DNA from: Maricaulis sp.
GTDB taxonomy: Bacteria > Pseudomonadota > Alphaproteobacteria > Caulobacterales > Maricaulaceae
DNA length: 64,000 nucleotides
NCBI RefSeq assembly: GCF_015665295.1
Contig: NZ_JADFAJ010000011.1
Coordinates: 21,652 to 85,651 of the forward strand
Direction of reading: 5' to 3'
The stretch's first letter is position 1. Every line of letters begins with the position of its first letter. The position numbers and the translations under genes are program-made. Shown piece after piece: positions 58,082 through 64,000 of this stretch. A model generated the notes under the pieces. The model was not told the DNA's origin. It saw only the letters and a list, made by a program, of their open reading frames with translations, and did not search any database.

Positions 58082-59362
58082 ATGGCGTTCAAACAAGCCA
58101 TGGCTGCGTTCGCGCTGGCCACGACGGTGCTCATGCCCGTCACCGCGCCGCTGCTGGCGCAAGACACACACTCCGTTGAGAATCCGGCTGCGCTGGGTTT
58201 TGACCCGGTCGCCCTGGCCGATCTGGACAATCATCTCGACACGCTCGCCGCTGCCGGCGCCCGCCCCGGCTATGCCGCGATCATCGCCCGCGGTGAACAG
58301 ATTGCCTTCCTGTCCGAGGCCGGCGAAGCCGATCTGGACAATCATGCCCCTTTCACCGTCGACACGCCGGTGCGCATTGCTTCCATGACCAAGCCGGTCA
58401 CTGCGGTTGCGATCATGATGCTGGTCGAGCGCGGCGAGATCGCGCTGCACGATCCGGTCAGCGACTACATCCCGTCCTTCGCCAATGTCCGCGTCGCCGT
58501 CTCTCCCATGGCCAATGAGGCCGGCGAGATCGAGACGCGGGCACCGGACACGGTGATGACGATCGAGCACCTGCTGACCCATACAGCCGGGCTGGGCTAT
58601 ATCTTCGAGGCGGAGAGCGATCTGGGTCGGCTCTACCTGGAAAACTCCATGTATGACGGCGAGGGCGACCTCGCCTTCCGGGTCGACCGGCTGACGGCCA
58701 TGCCGCTCTATACCGATCCCGGCGAACGCTGGATGTATTCCTATGGGCTGGATGTCGCCGGACGGGTGATCGAAGTGGTCTCCGGCATGCCGCTCAACAC
58801 CTTCTTCGACACCGAGATCTTCACGCCGCTGGGCATGAACTCGACCGGCTTCTTCTTCGAGGACGTCGATTTCTCCGAGGACGAACTGGCGCCGCTCTAT
58901 ATCCATGACGAAGACGGCGCGATGGTGCCGTTCGAATTTGGCACCCCGACCTGGCCGTCCGGTGGCGGTGGTCTGGTTTCGACCGCGTCAGACTATATCC
59001 GCTTTGCCATGCTGCTCGCCAATGGCGGCCAGCTCGGCGATGTCGAACTGATGTCGCAGGAGACCTTCGCGATCTTCTCCAGCCCGCATGCGACCGGCGA
59101 TCAGCTGGGCGAAGGCTGGGATGGCCGCGCCTTCGCGCTCGCCATGGACGTTGTGCTGCCGCCAGAGGAAGGCCAGCGCCCGGCCGGCGTTCCGGGTGAT
59201 CTGAGCTGGGGCGGTCTCTTTGACACCGACTTCTTCGTCAGCCCGCGCACCGGCACGGCGGCGGTGATCATGACCCAGATCCAGCCCTCGCAGTATCGGC
59301 CCGAACCACGCACACTGCGCGAATTCCGGCCGCGAGTGTATGCGAGTTTCGCCTTCGACTGA
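58082..59362 (+). CDS. serine hydrolase (beta-lactamase fold)
   Basis: The 426-aa product has a signal peptide and an SxxK motif (IASMTKPVTA). Confidence 0.75.
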   Translation: MAFKQAMAAFALATTVLMPVTAPLLAQDTHSVENPAALGFDPVALADLDNHLDTLAAAGARPGYAAIIARGEQIAFLSEAGEADLDNHAPFTVDTPVRIASMTKPVTAVAIMMLVERGEIALHDPVSDYIPSFANVRVAVSPMANEAGEIETRAPDTVMTIEHLLTHTAGLGYIFEAESDLGRLYLENSMYDGEGDLAFRVDRLTAMPLYTDPGERWMYSYGLDVAGRVIEVVSGMPLNTFFDTEIFTPLGMNSTGFFFEDVDFSEDELAPLYIHDEDGAMVPFEFGTPTWPSGGGGLVSTASDYIRFAMLLANGGQLGDVELMSQETFAIFSSPHATGDQLGEGWDGRAFALAMDVVLPPEEGQRPAGVPGDLSWGGLFDTDFFVSPRTGTAAVIMTQIQPSQYRPEPRTLREFRPRVYASFAFD

Positions 59363-59487
59363 GGCGGCTGCAAATCGAGCGCCGTCCCGGCGACGGAATG
59401 TGACGCGTCTGCTCGTTATACGAAGGCATCGAGCGGCGCCCCTCCCCGAAAAGCCGCACGGATGCTCACGTACCCCCCGAACGTGAA

Positions 59488-59518
59488 CAGGGCCCGCCGA
59501 AGTCTCCGGCGGGCCCTG
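59488..59518. terminator. GC-rich hairpin between convergent genes (putative bidirectional terminator)
   Basis: The hairpin is cagggcccgccg-aagtct-ccggcgggccctg. The flanking U-tracts are weak. Confidence 0.4.
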
Positions 59519-59549
59519 AACGTTTCGGGCAGACAGATCGGAGGCGTCG

Positions 59550-60158
59550 CTAGCCGAAGATCGTCTGGGCCATGGCCATCGCGATCAGCATCGGGAAGGA
59601 CAGGAGCGTATTGGTCCGCGAGAACAGCATCGCCGTGCGCGCGGCCTTCGGCTTGGCGTCGGCGTCTGCCTCGACCAGGCCGAGAGCGATCTTCTGGTTC
59701 GGCCAGATCACGAACCAGACATTGATCGCCATGATGATGGCCAGCCACATGCCGATTCCGATGAATGAATATTGTGGCGTGTAGACCTCGGCCACGAGTC
59801 CGAGACTGAGCACTTCCATCGAGTAGCCGCGCAGGCCGGCCACCATGAGGCCGGTCAGAACGGTGAAGGCGGCACCCCAGCGGAACCAGAACAGGGCCGC
59901 CGGCGCGATCACCTTGCCGATGGCCGGCTTCTGCTCGTCCGGAATGTTCGGCATGTTCGGGATCTGCACGAAGTTGAAATACCAGAGCAGGCCGATCCAC
60001 ATGATGCCGGCGACAACATGCGTCCAGCGCGCAAGGCCCTGCCAGAAAGCCCCATCCGGCACGATCGCACCGGACATGACATAGGCGCCCAAATAAAGGG
60101 CCACGAGCACGAAGGAGACGATGACCGTCGTGCGCAGATTGCTGAGTATTGCACCCAT
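59550..60158 (-). CDS. PuuD-like (urate hydroxylase N-terminal domain family) integral membrane protein
   Basis: The 202-aa product contains RWTHVVAGIMWIGLLWYFNFV and further TM helices. No cytochrome c domain is present. Confidence 0.5.
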   Translation of the reverse strand: MGAILSNLRTTVIVSFVLVALYLGAYVMSGAIVPDGAFWQGLARWTHVVAGIMWIGLLWYFNFVQIPNMPNIPDEQKPAIGKVIAPAALFWFRWGAAFTVLTGLMVAGLRGYSMEVLSLGLVAEVYTPQYSFIGIGMWLAIIMAINVWFVIWPNQKIALGLVEADADAKPKAARTAMLFSRTNTLLSFPMLIAMAMAQTIFG

Positions 60159-60253
60159 TGTTTTCCCTCCCCAATCGACAGAATCACTCTGTCAGTGGAG
60201 GGAAAATACGGCTTATTCGCGCCTCAGGATAGTGTAGCCGGCCTCACACCCGC

Positions 60254-61198
60254 TCAGCTCTCATTGCTCTCGCGCTGGACATTGGTGAACAGCAGGATCG
60301 GCGCGGCCACGAAGATCGACGAGAAAGTCCCGATCAGCACGCCCCAGATCATCGCAAAGGCAAACCCCTTCAGGGCCGTGCCACCGATCAGATAGAGCGA
60401 GATCAGCGCGACCAGCGTGGTCACCGAGGTCAGGATCGTGCGTGACAGCGTGTCATTGATCGACAGGTTGAGCACTTCGGGCAACGGCATGCGCTTGTAC
60501 TTGCGGAGATTTTCACGGATCCGGTCATACACGACCACGGTGTCGTTCATCGAGTAACCGACAATGGTCAGGATGGCAGCGACGGTGGCGAGATCGAAGG
60601 ACATCTGGGTCAGCGAGAACATGCCGATCGTGGCGATAACGTCGTGGGTCAGGGCGACGATTGCGCCGACCGAGTACTGCCACTCGAAGCGGAACCAGAT
60701 ATAGACCAGCATCAAGAAAAGCGCGACGCCGATGGCGGTAAAGCCGGAAACGATCAGCTCGCCCGAAACAGCCCCACCGATCACCGTCGTTCCGCGCATT
60801 TCGATATCGGGGAAATCGGCCAGCAGCGCATCTTCCAGCGCCTGCCGGGCCGTATTCTGGGCCGCCTCGCCCTCCAGCCCCTCGCCTTCCTGCAAGGGAA
60901 GCGAGATCAGGTAGGTCGTACGGTCTTCGCCGGACGCGCCGGCGCCCTGCACCCGGGCTTCACCCAGGTCGAGCGCGTTGGCTGTCGTGCGCAAGCCCTC
61001 GATCGAGGTGGTGTTCAGCGCGGCGACTTCGGTCTGGATACCGCCGCGGAAATCAATGCCGAAATTGATGCCTACCGTGGCGAATTCGAACATGGAGAAG
61101 ACGATGAAGAGGCCCGAGACCGCCAGCGCGATGAAGCGTCCGCGGATGAAGGGGACCTTGGCCGATGTCGGCAGGTATTTGACGAGTGCGAGGGTCAT
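60254..61198 (-). CDS. secF: protein translocase subunit SecF
   Basis: The 314-aa product contains GIDFRGG and VVVYDRIRENL. Confidence 0.93.
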   Translation of the reverse strand: MTLALVKYLPTSAKVPFIRGRFIALAVSGLFIVFSMFEFATVGINFGIDFRGGIQTEVAALNTTSIEGLRTTANALDLGEARVQGAGASGEDRTTYLISLPLQEGEGLEGEAAQNTARQALEDALLADFPDIEMRGTTVIGGAVSGELIVSGFTAIGVALFLMLVYIWFRFEWQYSVGAIVALTHDVIATIGMFSLTQMSFDLATVAAILTIVGYSMNDTVVVYDRIRENLRKYKRMPLPEVLNLSINDTLSRTILTSVTTLVALISLYLIGGTALKGFAFAMIWGVLIGTFSSIFVAAPILLFTNVQRESNES

Positions 61199-61213
61199 GT
61201 CCGTTTCCTCCCC

Positions 61214-62869
61214 TTAAAGCGGCAGCGTCTTGGGCTTGAACGCCCGCAGCCAGACAACCGCCAGCAGGCGGGAGATCACGAAAGCGGTGAAGACCGAGGT
61301 GATGATGCCCACCCCGAGCGTCACGGCGAAGCCGCGCACCGGTCCGGCGCCGAGCATGTACAGCACGGCCGCAGCAATGAAGGTGGTGATGTTAGCATCG
61401 AGAATGGCGGCCAGCGCCCGCTCATAACCGGCCTGCAGCGCCTGCACCGGGGTGCGGTTGTTCTTCACCTCTTCGCGGATCCGCTCATAGATCAGCACAT
61501 TGGCGTCAACCGCCATACCGATGGTCAGGATGATACCGGCAATACCCGGCAGGGTCAGCGTCATGCCAAGTCCGGACAGGCCGCCCAGGATCAGGAAGAC
61601 GTTGATCAGGAGCGCCGCCGTCGAAAAGACGCCAAACACGCCATACATCGCGACCATGAAGATGATCACCAGGCCAAAACCGATCATCACGGCGAGTTGT
61701 CCGCTTTCGATCTGGTCACGTCCGAGCGAGGCCGTTACGACGCGCTGCTCGACCGGCGTCAGGGTCGCCGGCAGCGCGCCGGCATTGAGCAGGATGACAA
61801 GCTGGTTGGCAGATTCATAGGTGTAGCCGCCGCCGATCACGCCGGAGCCGGACAGGATCGGCTCGTTGATCCGGGGCGCCGTGATGATCTCGTCATCCAG
61901 CACGATCGCAAAGCTGCGGCCACGATTGGCGCGCGTGAGTTCGCCAAAAATGATGGCGCCTTGCGTGTCCAGGCGGAAGCCGACGACCGGACCCACATAG
62001 TTCGGGTGGTTCGTGACGTAGGCGCTGTTGAGATTTTCGCCGGTCAGACGTTGACGGGTTTCAACCGCAAGCCAGGCTGTCCCGCCCGTGTCCGCCATCG
62101 GAAAAACGGTGACGCCGGGAGGCGTGCGCGCCTGGCCATTCGGGCCGGGATCAACACTGTCATCGACGAGATGGAAGCTCATGGCGGCCTGGGTGCCGAC
62201 AAGGTCGATAATCGCCTGCGGATCGTCAGCGCCCGGCACCTGGACCAGGACGCGGCGATCACCGGAACGGGCAATGGTCGGGTCAGTCGTGCCGAGCCCG
62301 TCGAGGCGGCGACGGATCACCGTGATCGACTGCTCCAGCGTCCGCGTTCGGATCATTTCATACTGTTGCGGCGTGACCGAGATACGGATCGCGCTGAGAT
62401 CCGATGCGTCCGCCGCAATGTCATACATGTTGGCAAGACCGACCTGGCCAACCCCGGTCGTGACCGGCGCGTTGAGATCGCGGACACGTTCCAGCGCGGT
62501 TTCGCGATCCTCGGGACGGACCATCAACACCACGACCTCATCGCCGATCACCGAGACCGAGCGGGCCAGCACGGGCGGTGCTTCACGCAGCGAGGTGCGG
62601 ATATCCGAGGCCAGCGCTTCGAGCTGGGCATCGCGGACCTCATCCATATCGACTTCAAAGACGATATGCGAACCGCCCTGGAGGTCGAGGCCGAGATTGA
62701 TCGTCCCTGCAGGAATAAAGCGCCAGATGCCCTTGGGCGTGCGTGTCCCATCCGCCTCATTGATCGTGTAACGGTCGGTTTCCGGCACGAAATTGGGGAT
62801 GGTGTACATCACGCCGAGCAGCGTGATGAGGAATATGGAAAGCAGTTTCCAACGCCCGAAATGCAGCAT
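61214..62869 (-). CDS. secD: protein translocase subunit SecD
   Basis: The 551-aa product contains GLDLQGGSHIV and NVLIYERIREE. Confidence 0.93.
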   Translation of the reverse strand: MLHFGRWKLLSIFLITLLGVMYTIPNFVPETDRYTINEADGTRTPKGIWRFIPAGTINLGLDLQGGSHIVFEVDMDEVRDAQLEALASDIRTSLREAPPVLARSVSVIGDEVVVLMVRPEDRETALERVRDLNAPVTTGVGQVGLANMYDIAADASDLSAIRISVTPQQYEMIRTRTLEQSITVIRRRLDGLGTTDPTIARSGDRRVLVQVPGADDPQAIIDLVGTQAAMSFHLVDDSVDPGPNGQARTPPGVTVFPMADTGGTAWLAVETRQRLTGENLNSAYVTNHPNYVGPVVGFRLDTQGAIIFGELTRANRGRSFAIVLDDEIITAPRINEPILSGSGVIGGGYTYESANQLVILLNAGALPATLTPVEQRVVTASLGRDQIESGQLAVMIGFGLVIIFMVAMYGVFGVFSTAALLINVFLILGGLSGLGMTLTLPGIAGIILTIGMAVDANVLIYERIREEVKNNRTPVQALQAGYERALAAILDANITTFIAAAVLYMLGAGPVRGFAVTLGVGIITSVFTAFVISRLLAVVWLRAFKPKTLPL

Positions 62870-62919
62870 GTCAGCGCGGCCTCTTGGTCAGGGACGATCA
62901 GGGATGACGGTCAATCGGC

Positions 62920-63243
62920 TCAGCCGATTTCCTTGTCGTCCTTCTTGGCATCGGTCTTGGAATCATTGGCCGGCTTGGGCGCGGTGCGACCCTTCACATC
63001 GGCAATCGTCGAGCGAACGATACGGACCTTCACGCCCTCGCCGAGATCCAGCGTCACTTCCTCGTCCGTCACCTTGGCGATCTTGCCGATCATGCCGCCC
63101 TGGGTGATGACTTCATCGCCACGCTTGAGACCGTCGATCAGCGCCTTGTGCTCTTTCATGCGCTTTTGTTGCGGACGGATGAGCAGGAAGTAGAAGACCA
63201 GGCCCATCAGGACCAACATGATGATCGAAGAATACTGTTCCAT
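62920..63243 (-). CDS. yajC: preprotein translocase subunit YajC
   Basis: The start is MEQYSSIIMLVLMGLVFYFLLIRPQQKRMKEHK. It lies upstream of secDF. Confidence 0.9.
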   Translation of the reverse strand: MEQYSSIIMLVLMGLVFYFLLIRPQQKRMKEHKALIDGLKRGDEVITQGGMIGKIAKVTDEEVTLDLGEGVKVRIVRSTIADVKGRTAPKPANDSKTDAKKDDKEIG

Positions 63244-63413
63244 GAGGTAGCGCGCTCCGCGGCTTGTGGGTGCGTAACGCAACGAGAGTGCGAAAACGCC
63301 CTGAAATTCGAATGCGCGGGACTATATCGGGACGAGGCCTGGTTGCAACAAGGGTCGGCTGTAGCGGCGCTGCCGGACTGTGTGCTCCAAGGCACACGGG
63401 ACACGCACCGGGC

Positions 63414-64000
63414 TCAGCGCAGATAGGACATCGGATCGACCGGATTCACCCCGGAGCGGATCTCGAAATGCACCTGCGGCCGGTCGACCGTGCCGGTAGC
63501 ACCCGCCTGGGCGATAATCTGGCCCCGACTGATCTGGTCGCCCTCACGGACGAGCAGGCGCGAATTATGGGCGTAGGCAGTCACAAAGCCACCACTGTGG
63601 CGAACCAGCACGAGCTGGCCATAGCCGGCGAGCTCGCTGCCGGCATAAACGACCTGACCCGGCGCCGCGGCGCGGACCTCGGCCCCGGTCGTGGCCTCGA
63701 TATTGATGCCGTCATTGCGCTCGCCATTGGGGCGACGCCCGAAGGACGACAGGACCTGCCCGCGAATGGGCCAGTCAAACCTGGGCGCTCCGGCTTCGGC
63801 CGGTGGCGGGGCGTAGCGGTCATTCGGCGCCGACGTCGTCGGAGCGCGCGAAGAGCCGCCCGATGTGGTCGAGGCGACCTGGGCGCCATGCGGCAGGCGT
63901 ATCTGCTGGCCGACTTCGATCTCGTAGGGCGCACGAATACCGTTATGGCTGGCCAATTGCTGGAAGGGCACGCCGTAGCGCAGGCCGATACGGTAGAGGT
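63414..64000 (-). CDS. M23-family (LysM-containing, NlpD-like) peptidase, 5' end beyond window
   Basis: The C-terminus reads GINIEATTGAEVRAAAPGQVVYAGSELAGYGQLVLVRHSGGFVTAYAHNS...HFEIR. The reading frame stays open to the window edge, with a LysM-like YRIGLRYGVPFQQLASHNGI. Confidence 0.85.
   Translation of the reverse strand, partial: LYRIGLRYGVPFQQLASHNGIRAPYEIEVGQQIRLPHGAQVASTTSGGSSRAPTTSAPNDRYAPPPAEAGAPRFDWPIRGQVLSSFGRRPNGERNDGINIEATTGAEVRAAAPGQVVYAGSELAGYGQLVLVRHSGGFVTAYAHNSRLLVREGDQISRGQIIAQAGATGTVDRPQVHFEIRSGVNPVDPMSYLR

Noticed and set aside
60644-63193. An 849-aa ORF on the + strand, the longest non-annotated ORF in the window.
   Set aside because: It is entirely antisense to yajC-secD-secF. 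Its translation is Arg/Gly/Asp/His-rich low complexity with no motifs. This is a typical shadow ORF in GC-rich DNA, and the minus-strand genes have unmistakable Sec signatures.

Overview
This is a high-G+C chromosomal segment. Hand counts of 100-nt samples give 69/100 G+C in alaS. It looks alphaproteobacterial (Caulobacterales/Maricaulales-like): there is a clear PopZ homologue, GTTC-N7-GTTC SOS boxes lie upstream of recA and ssb/uvrA, and tolC-pcm synteny is present. Most of the window is housekeeping: bolA/grxD, rpsD, icd, alaS, recA, mltF, popZ, tolC, pcm, tgt/queA, two cyclophilins, coaD, gyrA, ssb, uvrA, trmFO, sodB, yajC-secD-secF. Many long antisense shadow ORFs, typical of GC-rich DNA, were discarded. 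Two AT-richer accessory insertions stand out. (1) A ~1.9-kb islet lacking an integrase sits in tRNA-Lys(UUU), bounded by a perfect 45-bp direct repeat. Its only cargo is an overlapping gene pair, a DUF4238-type protein plus a three-TM protein. This is my best candidate for an undescribed two-gene (defence/abortive-infection-like) system. (2) Next to gyrA lies an orphan PD-(D/E)xK-like nuclease with a DUF4268-like C-terminal region, preceded by REP-like elements and a 26-bp-arm inverted repeat. Other points worth a second look are:
- a possible membrane-tethered RHH-TM-EF-hand protein;
- a BlaI/BlaR1-like pair whose M56 sensor carries ankyrin repeats, upstream of a beta-lactamase-fold hydrolase;
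- a stand-alone Amidoligase_2-like gene;
- a signal-less GH18-like protein next to paralogous membrane proteins;
- 13-bp tandem repeats in the popZ leader and in the recA-alaS spacer.

No CRISPR array, rRNA, transposase or integrase was seen. All family assignments rest on motif recognition by eye. No database search was run.
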